DNA from: Prorocentrum cordatum | Lineage: Eukaryota | Direction of reading: 5' to 3' | Assembly (NCBI GenBank): GCA_963575745.1 | Contig: CAUYUJ010000002.1 | Span: 1,736,001 to 1,800,000 of the forward strand | DNA: 64,000 bases | In this document: positions 1-14,400 of the stretch, piece by piece | Position numbering within the stretch: position 1 is the first letter of the stretch | Layout of the letters: every line of letters starts with the position of its first letter | Translations under genes and position numbers: made by a program | The notes under the pieces: generated by a model | Database searches by the model: none | What the model was told of the DNA's origin: nothing | What the model saw: the letters and a program-made list of their open reading frames with translations, nothing else

Positions 1-19
1 GACAGAGCTGTTGGTCCAG

Positions 20-780
20 ATTTGACCAATGAGGAGCAGCGCTGCTGCACAGAGTGGCTTACTACTGCCACTCGCCACAAACCATTCCACCACAAGTACC
101 TCTCTGATAGGTCTCTGAGAGCAGTACTTTTTTTCGACGAGTTCGATGGATGGGTGGAGCTCTCGGAGCTGCTTAACAAGTGGCCACCTGAGGGATGTGA
201 TCGTTACCGCCCAAAACACCTGGAGACTGTCCGGCGTTGCCTCAGCAAGCGCCATTGGGCAGATCAAGCACTAACTGTGCTGAACTTGATTGGCATGGTC
301 GACGACGCTAGCATGCAGGAAGCCAGGCCCCATATCAAAAAGTGCAAGTTCGCTGCCGAGATGTACGAGACATTTCATACACCCAAGTAATGGACACAGG
401 AGTCCTGGGATCAAATGCGCAGAATCACTGTATGTGAGGATGACGGATTTGACCATTCCAGGTGCACCTTGTTATTTTACTCGTGGTACCCAATTGCAAA
501 ATATCCAGGATAGACTTCGCATAGGACTACCATGCCGTGCCGGCGACACCATCAAGAGAAAAGGCAGGCAGCTTGTTCATGCTTGCCCATATTTACCTGG
601 TGACAACAGAATCCAGTTCGGCCTGCGCGTCGACTCCGAAGTATTAATTATGGCGGGCCTGAAAAACCAGCTTCGTGACAATATGGCTGTTTGGCGCTCA
701 GCAAATGATATTACTATGTCGGCAGGCGGGATCGGCATAATTCCTCCGATTCACATCGTCCAGCTCATAGGCGTTCTGCC
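20..780 (+). pseudogene. Tpt1/KptA RNA 2'-phosphotransferase-like domain in element 1 (frameshifted)
   Basis: TATRH..FDGWVELSELL (N-lobe), then NGHR, FTRGT, GL..KGRQLVH, GLRVDSEVLI, VWRSANDITMSAGGIGIIPP (C-lobe). Matches the Tpt1 motif order. Confidence 0.7.
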
Positions 781-2167
781 CAACGATAAGTGCAGGTATA
801 ATCGCGTGGGACATGTACGGATCAATCCCTTATACCTGTGGGGCAACGCGCAGACATACATGAACAGTGATCTTACCCTCGACGAGTTGTGCGAAGTCCA
901 AAATGATGCATCATCGTTTAAGGATTGGGTTGATCCAACAACCCAACAATTTGAAGTGTCCCGAACCGGCGCTTATCCAGGAGGTCGAGTTCTCCGCGGT
1001 ATTTATGACGCAAAGAGGGGTACCAAGCGGGGACACCTGCAGGGAGATCCGACGGATCATGGATTCAGGCCCAGAGTGAGGACGCGAATGGTATGACATC
1101 AAGCGGGATTACTCCCAAAGACATGTTGCACGCCCACGATCCGTGGCGTGCCCAGACGCAGCAGTTGCCTGCACCTGCAGGGCAACCTGCATCGTTTGCA
1201 CTTATGAGTAGGGCCACAACTCATTTTGGGACGCCACAGAGTGCTGAGAGGACCAACACCCTACAGGCGAGGCTCCAGAGCATTCGGATGGACCCACAGC
1301 TCTACCAGGTTTTGCAGGCGACATCGCCGTTCGCATCGCCGCGTCCACGCGCGGGGCAACCTGCTTTCCCTGACCACGACGCTGTACAGAGGACAGAGTT
1401 TCTTGGTCAGCGAGAGTGGATGTACCGGCAAATGCGCGAAGCCGCGCAGAGCATGCGCTGGGGCGGCATCGACCTTCCTAGCGCTAGGTGGACGCCGCCT
1501 TGGGAGTATGTCCCGGGCCCAAATCCATCACCGGACAACCCCAATCGGTACGGATACGTGCCAGCATTTTCCAGTCATCCGACATGCGATCCGACAGCTG
1601 CAGAGCGCCCTGCGCCACCACCGATGGACTTTCCTTGATTTCCTGACTACCATGCTCAGGTGACGGGTAACTCTCGCGCGGGAACGCAGCGGGAGAACCC
1701 GCGTGCACGAGCGACAGCTGACGACACCTAGCAGTCTCAGTTGACACGCGGTTCTGGTTACGCGTCAGGTGCGCTGGGCCAGAGTCCTCCTTATGGGAAT
1801 TTGGCTACCCCTATGGACTCAGATGTGACTCAACAGGCCCCCGGCCTGGTAGCGCCATCATCCATGGGGGAGTTGCGCCCGGAGATTCTGGCCACTCGCG
1901 AGGCGCAGCAGGCCAACCTCTCAATGCAAGTGGCCCGCCAGCGTCGCAATCATGAACGTCGGGCGAAAGGGTGCTGGGTCTCGCGGGGCAACCTGCTATT
2001 CCAACCACGGCAGGGACATCGGTATTCAACTCGGCAGCACTTGCTGCCATGCAGCCACTGTCGGTCCCACCAATCCAGCATGAGGTCGGTGAAACCACTC
2101 TGGAGCGCCAGACGCGCATCAGGCCATCGGCAACACCACCAGTCATCAGCGACAGTCACTTCAACAA

Positions 2168-2339
2168 GTGTACCATATGCCTGGGCCACTTCATGCATCA
2201 CGACAAGGTCTGGAGGCTTCAGTGTGGTCACATCTTCTATGCACAGTGCTGGGACCGAGTGGCGCACGCTCATGTGGACAAGCAGTTGGCTGGTACTTTG
2301 AAAGGTGCTGCAAGTGAGGCGCCCTGCGCTATTTGCAGG
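2168..2339 (+). pseudogene. RING-H2 zinc finger in element 1
   Basis: CTICLGHF..LQCGHIFYAQCW..CAIC. Confidence 0.8.
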
Positions 2340-4537
2340 CGCTTTGGTTCAATCACAGCTGAGTTTCATTGCGCCCTTGCTGGATATCAAGAATGGTGCA
2401 GCAAATCGTCATGAAGAAATACTCCGAGGGGCTGACGAACTCGGGGACACACGGTGATTATGCCGAACAACACAGCAGTTGCCGCAACAAGACTTGCGGG
2501 GCACCCTGCTTCGTCAGCCACTGCGGTGCAGGCGACGGCAGCTACCGCTCCTGCCATGGACACGCCTATGCCATCGATAGCGGAAACAGCCAACAACGCC
2601 GGGACACCTGCGATGACTATACCTGCCGCGCTGCCAGCCACTGATATGTGGCTGAGGCGTATGGAGAGAGCCACCGAGAGGAGCGCACAGTGGCTTCAAG
2701 CTCCAGATACCTACATGCCATATGGGCGAGAGCCCGGTCAGCGCACGCAGCAGCATCAGTGCGATATCCGAGCGCGACATGTTACGCTCTGTGTTGCTTG
2801 TGGACACAGATGGCCAGATAGGCATGCGCGCTGACGAGGATACGTTCATGAACATGCCGCTCGCATCTGCGCCGCGCCCGCACATGCATGACGAGTATCC
2901 CGCGGCCTGGGTTTTCGAGAAGAACCCCACTGCGGAGGAGGCGGCCCGCGGATACATGTACGTCTTCATGTCTTTGACACGGAACAACTGGGTGTTGGAG
3001 CAGAGGCGCCGCAAGGGTACGTATGGTACGACGCTGTCTGCAGTGCCAGGAATATTCGGCAAACGCCATGAATTGGCCCTGGCCGCGAGCAGTGGGACCA
3101 TGGTGGATGGAATGCGGGCGATCTTTCTGGACATCGGCAGCAGCATCAACATCATTGGTCTGGAAACGGCACAGACGTTTGAACGCGCATCCCGCTCCTA
3201 TGGACACGATATCAAGAAGCTGAACCTGTCGAAGCGGCTCTACGTGTCTGGAGTGGGACATGGTGCCGCTGTATGCGAGAAGGCCTTGCACTGCAACGTT
3301 GCGCGCGAAGAAGGAGATCCGGCGGGGGCACCTGCTGCGCCGAGACTTGGCACCTACTCAGCCAGCGTGGCTGAGGGTTCAGGGGGGAATAGCCTTGCTA
3401 TCCTGGGCATGAGGAGTATGTCTAACATGTGGACTCTTGATCCTCGAGCAGGGGCACGAGAAGATTGTCATCCCTGGCTCTGATTTGCACAAGCTCTTCC
3501 TTGGGAAGGGTGCCAGAGCATTTGGTTTAATGCAAACGCCTACAGAGCGCCTGGCGCTCAAGGTCGACGAGTGCGGGGCCGCAACTGAGAACAAAAGGTC
3601 GATGTCGTTTACTATTGCGGCCGAGCCTCGCTGCGAGGATGCCCCGCTGCTCGTCGAAGAGGCAGCTGGCGCAGAGCCAGTCGCGGGACAACCTGCTTTG
3701 AGTAGTGCGGGGGCACTAGCTGTGAGCGACGCCTATGCATACATGATGTCTCAGGATACCAAGGGCATCAGCTTCTCCATCAACGAAGAGACGCTTGCTT
3801 TCACTATCCAGTCTTTGGTGAAAAAACATGTTGAAGACCTGGCATCGCAGGAACACGTTCTTCGGGATTATCCCCGCATCGGCCGGCCAGGACTTCGCTT
3901 TGCGGAACTTGCAGGCGAAGGTCTATCAGGCCATCCACGAGGAGGGCAATAAGTGGACGCCGCCCGACGCGAAGGCAGTTTTATATTTTTTGCTTCGAGC
4001 AGCGGCTCAGCAGCGCAGCGTGGCACGGGCATTTGGACGCCCCCATCGCATGAAAATGGGTGACGGGGGCAGGCGCGCGCCGCGGCCACCCGCGCTCGGT
4101 CCGACAGGCCGAACACTCAGGTTCTGTCATCTAGCGCGGGGGGGCCTGCATTCTTTTCTCAGGCGCCGGCTGTGCGCGCCAGGGACATCGGCAAGCCCGG
4201 CTGCGCGGGTGCCAAGGACAGCAGTGGGCCCGGTTGTGTAGCCGCTGCAGCAAATGAACGCTCATCGCATCATTATCCTTCTCGCGCACTTGTCATTGAG
4301 GACATGCGGACAGCTTGCGCTGAACTCCGAGCTCGTGGTTAAATGTGTGACCGCATCGCACATACAGAGGTTATGACCTCTACTGGTACACAGTATTTGG
4401 GCGTTTTACCAATCGGGGGATTATCAAGTGCTGCGGGCGGCAATGCCCGCTGACTGGCACGGTAGGTCGCCTGAAAGCGGGCAGGGCCACATTATCTACG
4501 CATCCAAAATCTAATGACTAAGGCTCTGGCTCTACGC

Positions 4538-4585
<48 letters not shown>
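4538..4585. repeat. (TA)n microsatellite inside element 1
   Basis: Direct reading. Confidence 0.95.
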
Positions 4586-4588
<3 letters not shown>

Positions 4589-7019
4589 ACTTGTTGTACC
4601 ACCATGTTATTTCTGGAAACAGGGTCCCATGCGAGATGACATTGGAGATCTCGACATGCAGGTCATGCGTGTGCGAGTCTGCCATTTCGGTTTGAAATAC
4701 GACCCTTCATGTAAGTTGCCTAGCGGATCATACCTGCAGGTGGCAATTACCTACACGCGCAACCCCACCAACCTGTGGAGATGCACTTGTCAAACTGCAG
4801 GGAAGCCAGCCCAACTTGCTGAGCACGAGTTGGACCGGCATGGCCAAGGCGCGCAAAAGGCAGAATGGCGCAACAAAACATTGGCGATCACGACCGCGAG
4901 ATTGATTGATCAAGTAGATTTACACAAAACAAAAAGAAACCACGCGAGTGCTGTACACCTCTGCATTCAAACACGAGTGGATAAAGGAGCTCGAACTTAC
5001 GTCCAGTCTTCAAAGAATGGCCCTGAGTGGGACCATGTAGCACGACGGGTAACGATGAACCTGGACGACAATCAGATTATACAAGACATGCAGATCCAGG
5101 ACCAGCCTATCGGGTACAATTTCAATGCACCGTTACCGACTGGCGTAGCAAACATTCGTACTCGGTTATTCTGGGGGCCGCCAGAACCGGCTCTCATCCG
5201 ACAAGACGACCAGCGTCCACGCCCAAGGCGAGTTGCGTTGCGTTCGTCGATGACGATCGTCTCGAACGTGGCCGCGTGCTCCCCTCTGTTCCCGAATTTC
5301 CGACGCTAGGTTCACCTGATACTGAACAACAGAGCATTGCCGACCGATGCCCGAATCAAGCAAAAGGAAAACAGAAATCCGGCAAAGAAGCGGGCATCAA
5401 GCCACGCAAGATACCCAAGGTAGTCGAAGAAGGCAGCTATGACTGCGGGGATGACCTCAAAGGTCTCGGATATAGCGCGCGCGACACCGACGTTCCCCTT
5501 GACTCCGACACGGAAAGCGATGATGAAGAGGAAGCTTTCATCACATTACTTGCGGGGTACCTGCTGAATCATGCGCAGATGTATTCTCAATAACCCCAAC
5601 TCCATGCCATGGACGACGCGACAAGGTTGACATGTTCGTATTGTGTGGAGGAAGTCGAGGTCTATCGCAGCCAGCCCTCAGCCGAGGTTCGTCTTCCGGG
5701 GGGAACTTAGACAAACGCTCAGGAGGCAGTATATCCAGGAGGCAGTGATTCAATTACCAGGAGGCAGTGATCCAGGAGGCAGTGTTCATTACCTAGACGT
5801 TTGCCCCGTCAATGCTGTCGTACGACAACCCAACTGCAGAGTGACTGGGCTACGTTCATATTTCACCTCCCAAGTTAACGATGGCACTTGACATGAACAC
5901 CACAAAGCAGATCTCCCACATCAAGTTATGTGGGAACATTGCCATACGTCAAAACGACCTTCGTCGGTTTCACTTACGAGAACAGCCAGTTGGCACTTGG
6001 GTGGATCAGATACCACCATGGACCACATTGGCGCAATGCACGGGCACTTGAAAAGGTGAACATGGATCAATGCACGACTGGTTTACGTGATTCCCATGGG
6101 GTATTGATGCGAAAACCGACCGAGATCATGGCCAACCACCGCCTTCTATTTGCACTTTTTTAACGAAGACGATGTGCTTGTCATCATCAGCATGCGTCGG
6201 TGTGTAACAAAGAACTAACTGTCCATGGCTGCACAATATTCTTCAAGGAAGCAGTCTCATTTCGCCGACGCAGTTCAGATCGCACGCGATCTATTCCAAA
6301 TAAACCGTGACCCCTTTCATGGTCACCCTTATTCTTCCGACGTGCTGGTCACCAGCGTGAGGGGATATGACTTGGACGATCCACCTGTCCCTCGACAACC
6401 CACGGATCGATCACAATACCGCCCTCGGGAGGGTTAAGATGTCCTGCGTGCTCGGATAATGTTAACGTGCGCTTCCTCTCACATGACAGAAACCTTGGGC
6501 ATTGCAGGTGGTATGATAAGGAAGACTACCATTGGGAATGTCCGAGCTGGAAGAATAACTACGGCCAGATCAAGCCTGGACATGTACGGATGCCTGGCAA
6601 ATGCAAGTTTGCCAAGCCTTGGAAGCTGCCCGACAATCGCGGACAGGCACCGTCGGCTCCTGCCGAATCAGCAGCACCACCACACGAGGCACAACCCGCA
6701 CCACCACTTGTGCGGCTACGAGCGCCAAGACCCGACTCTAGAGCCGGACCCACAGCGGGCGCCAGCAGCTACTACATTACAGTAGGCAGACATGCTGCTG
6801 AACCTGTTGCAGGGCAACCTGCCTAGAGCGGAGCGGGTAGTTCGGATGGCCACGTCCGACTGCCACAGGTCAGAGTCAGACGTGGCCGACAGCAAGGAGG
6901 ATATCCACCTCCACCGCCACCTGCGGGCAACCCTGCTGGGCGCCCGCGACTTCCAGACTGGTCAAGGTTCGACGTACAAATCAGTCTGCGAAGCCTTGAT
7001 CCAAGCGTGGTAACACGCT

Positions 7020-10000
7020 GACTGCGGAAGCTACATTTGCGTTACAGTTGCGTTGGTCCCATGCGACAGAGTCTAAGATAAGAACCATATTAACCAAGAT
7101 CTGTTAGGTCTGGACAACGTCAGACTCAACCTGGTCAATGGTGTCTGCGACGCGCGTCGGGAGCGCAGGGCTTGGGACATGCCTGGGCAGACGGTTGTGC
7201 GATCTACTGCACTGCCTGGCAAGTTCAACGATGAAGTTGAATGTGACCTTACGCTTTACAAGCAAGAACATAACATATGTCAGATCATCGATCGTTGTAT
7301 CCGCTATGCCACTGGAATGGAGATACCAGAGAAGACGATGACCAGCACCCTGGATGCGTACCATCTGTGCTGGCTGCAGTTTGGACCTGCAAAGGTACTC
7401 TACTTCGACGGAGAGGGTGCCCTCAACAACGACACTGCGAAAGCAGTCCTTAAGGCAAAGGACACTGAACTAAGGATACGTGCGCGTGGACAACACGCTA
7501 TGGCGATCGAAGCCAGAGATGGCATACAGCGCCATCTACTTCATGTCATGGAAGCTGAACTCAACCGGTTAGACATACCTCTTGCGTTTACACGACTACT
7601 TCATGAAGCCGTCTGTGCTGCCGACGCGTTCATCTTATATAATGAAGTGTCTCCATACAACGCCCTGTTTGGACGGCAGCCGGCAATGCCCCCCGACTTG
7701 CCTTTCCTGGACAACGAACAGCCGACGGACACGTCGGATCATTCTTGCGAAAAGATGATACGCAAGGTATGCATTGGAGCTTTCGCACAGGCCACTGCAG
7801 TAGTCAACATCTATCGTGCATTTCGCACTAAGACAACTATCGCGGATCAGCACTACTACGATGAAGGAGATTTAGTTGATTACCATCGCCCCACAACCAC
7901 GAAGGACGACTGGAGAGGCTGGAGTGGCCCATTCCCGGTCGTAAGAAACGATCCCGACAGGGGTCAAGTCATCATGCCAATGGGAAGCCGCGGCGCCCAG
8001 GTACAATACGGCGATGCGCGACATTCACTCTAGATTGAAGCTTAGATCGCCAGTTCGTGGCCAGCTTACCTGCGGGGAGACCTGCTATGACATTTGGCTA
8101 TGTCCAGACCCAGACGGGGACGCCTCAGATGACAAGTGCAAGCCGACTATCTCCTAAGGTACATCTGGCTTTACAATACATTGTCATAAATTTCTTCCGC
8201 ATTGAGAACGTAGTTTCGGTTCGGTTAGCCAAGAGTACCCACATGCTACCTCCGGCGGCTTTCGCTGACAGTTGCACATAGGTCCATTATGACAACGGTC
8301 CGAATACAGGACTTCACTATTTTGAAGCAACAGCACCGCTCTTAACATTCACGATATACCTGGATCAGCACATTCAAAAATCACCCAGCGCCTGAAGTCC
8401 ACCAAACCTCACGCGGGCTCCGACCAGGATCTGCCAAAGTTTGAGGAATTGGCGGATGCACCGACACCGGGCGGATGCGCAAGAGAAGCCCCAGAAGCTG
8501 AACCACCACAGGAGGATGGGCGGCCTCCCACGATACATGAGGAATCGGAGGCTGACCTCGTGGCACATATTATGGAAGTGCGGTATACAGAACTACAATA
8601 TGAAAGGGAACGACTGGAGGCAAGCCCACTATAGAGGACCTTTTCACCGTACCCGCACATATAATTCCAGACAGCAGTGCGCTGGCCACGTGCAGCTGAA
8701 GAACAGCGGGGAGACCCGCCTAAGTTGGGACACCCACGCGACTCCGACATCGAGGAGACGTATCATGTCCCACTCTGCTCCACGGTCGAAGATTGCAGTT
8801 GCGGACTGGGCTCAGACGAAAACGGACAATCTGCAGAACTCTGCTTTACGGCAGACATGTCAAGGGTAGTCCCATCCGAACAGCACAGGATATTAGATGC
8901 CGACCGTGTTACCACCATGCGAGTATATGTTGCCGCCGTTGCAAAGCGAGCTGCGGTCATCAAGGAAGACGACCTCCCCGCGAAGGCTGACATCCAGGCA
9001 ACCCGAGAGAGTATCGAATGCCTTATAATTACATTGAACTCAAGACATGGTTTGGCAACGAGTGCTTCAAGCTGGAGGATCTGATCTAAAACGTCAAACG
9101 CCATGACTTCGAGGTACGTGCACAAATGGAAGTTTGTGAAGAACGAGAAGGGCGAGATTCCTGAAAAGGGTTGGCCCATCAGGAACTTGCTGAGGCAACA
9201 GGTGAGAAAGAAAGCGCGGTGTGCTTTACTCTGCCGCCTGGATCGGCTGCGGCGCTTCGAACTCTCCCAGGATTCGAGCACTGCGACGAGTCGATGCACT
9301 GCTGGCAGTGCCTCAAGCCAGGTGCTGGCACCAAGGATGCACATCGAGCATTCTCACTAAAGCTCAGGACCACAAAAGGTTCCGGTCTCAGACCCACGTC
9401 CTACGTCGAGGAGTTCGAGACGAGCAGCAACCTGCTCACGGCCAAACATGTTGATGACATCAATATGGCCGGCGCAGAGGACACCATTGACAAGTGCGTC
9501 AAGCGTGTAGAAGACACTTTTGGCAAGTGTAAATTCAACAAGCACACATGCACCAATTGTGCTGTGAGATATACCAGCGATGAGGGTGGTAGTGCTACGT
9601 TGGACCAAGACGAATACATCAAACAGCTCCGTCCTATACAACATCCTGAACTTACAGGCGCCGACGCTGACGCCCAAGCATCCAATATGATTGCAGACAT
9701 GTTCGCCAGCCTCAGAGGCGCATTGGCGCATGCATTCATCATCGTGTGTGGTCGATGGTATATGTTGTTTCTCTACAACGTGTCCAAGAACCGACCGACA
9801 TACAGGTGCGACGACTGCGCGCGATTGACGGGACACTGCAGGCCTGCTTTACGAAGATCGTCTACCAAGCGATGACTCCCACGGGCGAAGTTGACATGCA
9901 CAGCGACTCAGGTAATCGACGCTTGGGTGGAGATGCCGGTGGCGAAGTCAAAGGCCATGGCGTTCGCGGGGCAAACCTGCTACGGTGTGGAAGCTCGCAA

Positions 10001-10354
10001 TCCGGCATGCTTGTCGTTCACTTGATCGATGCGCACTGCAAGTCTCGCCGCTTGCAGGTCCGCTCGAGCTATTCGGCAGAAACACGAGCAGCAGCCCACA
10101 ACTTGGAGAACTGCAACCCCACGATCGTGATTCTGCACGAGCTCCACGCAGGGCCGCTGACTCCCAATCAGTTGAAAGACATACTTGAGCTGGGCGGCCT
10201 GAGCAACAAGGTCACTTTGACCATAGATGCTGCGCCTGTTGTTCAGTCCTTGTCAAGCAAAGACTTGAAGAAGCCGACTGGGTGTCTCCTTTTAGGACAC
10301 ATCAGCTGGATGCGACAGATGATGGAGAGAGGAATCGTGCACTGTATTGTGTGA
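7020..10354 (+). pseudogene. pol remnants (integrase, copia-type RT, RNase H) of element 1
   Basis: ORFs 7179-8033, 8677-9084, 9171-9875 and 9746-10354 align by eye with ORF 47073-50534. Confidence 0.88.
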
Positions 10355-10622
10355 CAACAGAGAAATGCTTCCACATGTCATGGGAGGTACGCAATCCTTC
10401 AAGCATGACTTAAACCGTCATACTCCTTATCCGGCTGGCCAGACATCTCGTCCTGCAGCCGCCTGACGAGTACTCGTTTGCACAGTGAAGTTCAGGCAAG
10501 GCTACTTGCGCGCGGGTCCACCTTCCTCACGGCCCCGCCCTTTTGTTGCATTATTGTACATCGTAGCTGCTGTACCTGCTGTATAGAGGCAGCGGACTCC
10601 CGCTTCGTCTCCCTCCCCCTCC

Positions 10623-10873
10623 GACTCTAAAGTGAGCTGGGCGTTGCAGGTCAGGGGGGTCGCGTGCGCCCGCGGCCGCTTGGCTCAAAGCGGCGGGCTG
10701 GCCATATCTGACTACACTTCAGTGCGAGGTGTATTATTGGTTATCGATACCAAAACTGCTTGAGATGGCTTGCCTCCTACTACTGGGACTATCGCTACTA
10801 CGGTACAACAGAGCTGGAGCTTGGTTTCGCCTAGGGCGAAGCTGTTGGTTGGGCCTCCCAACCCCTTTCAAAC
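10623..10873 (+). repeat. Probable 3' LTR of element 1 (~251 bp)
   Basis: Starts GACTCTAAAG after a pyrimidine tract and ends CTTTCAAAC, parallel to the element 2 LTR (GACTTTAAG...CTTTCGAC, 252 bp). The partner LTR is not in the window. Confidence 0.6.
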
Positions 10874-10880
10874 TGAGGTA

Positions 10881-11407
10881 CCATCACCACCATCATCATC
10901 ATCAGCGCAATCATCATCAGCATCATCATCATCGTCATGTTGAGGATGCTGATCACCATCGTCATCAGCATCAGCATCAGTATCGACATTATCATCGCCA
11001 TGATCATCAACAGCAGCATCACCATCACTATCACCATCACCGCCATCATCAGCATCACCATCACCATCAGCAACAACAACATCAGCACCATCATTCGCAG
11101 CAGCATACTCAGCTTCCGCATCACCAGCAGCATCATCACCATTGTTAGAGTCACCCTTATCATCATCATCATCCCCATTATCAGCAGCAGCATCACCATC
11201 ACCATCACCATCATCGCCATCATCAACATCACCATCACCACCACCAACCGCCGCATCAACATCAGCATCCATATCAACAGCATAAGCCGCTTCCGCATCA
11301 TCAGCAGCATTATCGTCATCGTCATCGTCACCCCTATCATCATCAGCATTAGCATTCGCATTATCACCATGGCCATCCGCCGCAGCATCCTCATCATCAG
11401 CATCATC
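10881..11407. repeat. Degenerate (CAT/CAC/CAG)n trinucleotide array
   Basis: Direct reading; gives spurious poly-H/D/I/M ORFs. Confidence 0.95.
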
Positions 11408-14400
11408 CCCATGGTCCTCCTGGCGGGTGGGTGACCTAGCCCCATCCAGGTTTCGCTGGCTCCGTTCCCTCTCTGAACAGGTCCACCGACGGAACCTTGG
11501 CATTTTACTGAACAGCGGGGGTGCCAGTCTAGAGGACGGTTTCAGTGTGTCGGGTCGCTTGTACGCCCGATTTGAGGCAGCGATGCCCTACTTGTGGCAG
11601 TTACGGCCCACGTAATTCTGCTCTGCGCATGACCGTTCATCAAGCATGCCGTCCTGACGGTGTTCTGCTAACTGCACGGGTTGATATGAGTAGGAGCGGG
11701 CACCTGAGCGGGCGTGGGGGCTCGTTGACAGGCTATGATGCTGGACGGATCATCGACACGGACCTCCAGGCGTCGCGCAAAAGCTGCGACGGACAACCTT
11801 TTTATTGTGACCTCTGCCCCCGAGGGCCGCTCCTGGGCCCAGGACAAGCCAGGATCGGCCCGCGGCGAAAGTTGGCAGGATGGGCCGAGAGTTCTTGAGG
11901 CACGCGTGGGAAAAACGTCGGCGGCTTGCGCATTGCCAGCGGACGGCAAAGAAACGGTGACTGTTCCTTCGCGATGGACGGTAGACCATCGGAATCGGCA
12001 AAGCTTCGAGCATAGACCATCGGATGACATTGTTATGTGCCGGTTATTGCTCCGTGTCGGCTTCGCCTGGTAATATGTAGTATTTCCAGCTGTTGCTGGC
12101 CTCAAGCTTTCACGATGGGCGCGCCACTCTTTCCCAAAGCAAGGCTTCTGAATTACCTGGAATTGTTTGTCGGATCTCGCTTCGTTCCTCTCGCTAATGG
12201 TGATCTTTGCAGGAGGAGCGGTGGGTGCGGAACCATCCGCTGTGGAAGTTGATCGCCTACCGGGGATACCCCATACCAATCTGGGCAACCCAATCGGAGC
12301 CTCCGTACATGATTCTTGGCCACGCCTCCTGCTTCATCGAGAACGATCTCCTCTCCTTCATTATCCTTCCCCTTTGCTTCTGACGTATTTTGGTGGCGCT
12401 GACATGGCAAAGACGACGTTACACGCAGATGCGTTTGTCTGCGTGTTTGCGTATTCCGAAAATTGAGCCATGGCGCTTGACATCATGGGATCTACGTAAT
12501 TAGGCGATCCACGTTATAGTTGTCTGAGGCTCTGATTGCGTTGGCCGCTATCAGCGAAAGGGAGATTCAAATCGCTTCGCGAGAGCAAATTTGCCCCAGG
12601 CAGGCCCGGTTTTCATCTGGCTCCAGGGATGGCGGGCGGGCTGGAGAAGCGACAAGGAAAATGCGGCCGGTTCAATTCGAAGTGTTGTTGGGGGCATGGG
12701 CACCAGCAAGGTTCAGCAGCATGTCCAAGCGGCTTGACCATCGATTAGTCATAAATGGTCAGCTACATCACAGTTCGCTTCCGTACGTGACAAGATGATA
12801 CAGTTAGTGCATCATGTTACCTTACAGTATATTGCATCCTGGTCGACGGTGAAATCGCAGGTGAAATAGTATGCCCGTTGACCGTGGCTTACTGTCTTGG
12901 GGCGCAGGCATTCAGCACCAATGGGGCCCGAAAGTAGATTTTGTGCTAGTATGCGTTACCGCCATCTTTCCGATCCAATGTGTGGCGTCATAGGCGTGTG
13001 CAATGTAAAATACTATTGGTCGTTTGGGGGGCCGTTGAGGGTATTGTATGACATTGTATGATCTGGCAGACGTTCAGAAGTGCAGACGAGCTTCTGTAAG
13101 CGGGGGAAGGAGGAAAAGGCGTGGCGGGCGATCAGAAACCCATTGGAAAGAGCGAGAACGAGAGAGAGAGAGAGAGACATACATGTGTGCAATACGCGAG
13201 GCCGGGATGATAACCCCGGGTGGTGGTGGGTAGAATTTAAATTCTTTCGAGAGATGAGAATCAATTTTTGTTCGCAGCGAGTTGTCAACCCCATTGCTCA
13301 CGACATCATCCCACCCAACCCCAAGCAATGTGGATTGCAAAACCCATGCGACGGCGATTGCGATGAGTGCTTGGTGTTGGCTGGTGCATTTCTGTGGCCG
13401 CGCTAGCCCACGAATGCTCGCGCGCAGCGGCCATCTAATTTGGCGAGTCCTACGCGGCCGCGGTGGCGCTGACCGCTGGGCACTTTCCACCGGGCACTTC
13501 AGTACGAGTCGGCGACTTGGGCGGGCGCGGTATCATGGCAACGTCGACAAGGTACCCACGAGGATGATAGTAGCGATGCTGGTGACGATAATGACATCGA
13601 CGACTACAATGCCAATGACGGCGCCGATGCTGATCACGCCGACGGCGATGACGGCGTCCTTGCGTCGGTGATGAAGGCTTTGGAAAGAGTTCGACATGCG
13701 CGCGCGGCCGACACGCGGGAGTGGCCCGCATGTCGTTATTTGACACGGATCGTGTCCAACCTGCACCCCCCCACCACGTACGCAAAGGGCATATGTTTTT
13801 TTGCCTTGAAAGTTGGCGTGGCAAAGCCATGCGTTTTTGTTTATATGTACTCGGGACAATCGATGTTGACACCCTGACGAAACCGACGGCATTTGATGGT
13901 TTCCGGCGTGCGCGCGCGACGACGCGCATGCGCGCATGTCGCCCCATTTGTTGCAAGGGATTTTTGTAACAGCACGCGCGCTGGGTTTTCAAAAGTTCGG
14001 CACGCGCGCGCAAGACCCCCGCTTGGTAGCATGGTGTGAGAATTTTGAAATAAACGATAGTTGCCTTAAGAATTTGCAAGAACGCGGGCGCAAGCTTTTG
14101 TTTGAAAATTCTGTGTTGCGAAGCCATGAGTTCTCATTTGTTGTTGCCGAACAGTCGATTTTGAAACCCTTGCGAAGGTATGGGTTTTGAAAAGATTTTG
14201 GCACGCGCACGCGCGACCACGCGCGCGTATGCACTTCGGCCACTTGTTTGTTGCAATGGGTTTTTAGAAAATTGATGAAAACGAGTGCGCGCGCATAATA
14301 TTTTCTGCGAACCACGAGTGGGGGCCGATACGGGCATGCCTGGGATGGCACGAGTTCGTGCCAAGGACGGACGATGGGGCAAACCCAGATGTAAAGCGCA

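Larger units (their letters stand above)
1..10873 (+). mobile_element. Degenerate copia-like (IN-RT-RH order) LTR retrotransposon, 5' part outside the window; same family as 35227-51155
   Basis: Broken ORFs, in order: Tpt1-like, RING, protease (IFLDIGSSINIIG), MTase-like, integrase (CDLTLY/YFDGEG/IEARDG), RT (RYVHKWKF..KHVDDI), RNase H (MHSDSG, SSYSAE, TIDA). Collinear with the second element. Many stops and frameshifts, and an internal RT deletion near 9155. Confidence 0.9.

Noticed and set aside
10729..11503. His-, Asp-, Ile- and Met-rich ORFs in several frames
   Set aside because: Artefacts of a (CAT)n repeat that is open in most frames
11430..13010. Lower-GC unique-looking segment with short ORFs
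   Set aside because: No recognisable motif or consistent frame
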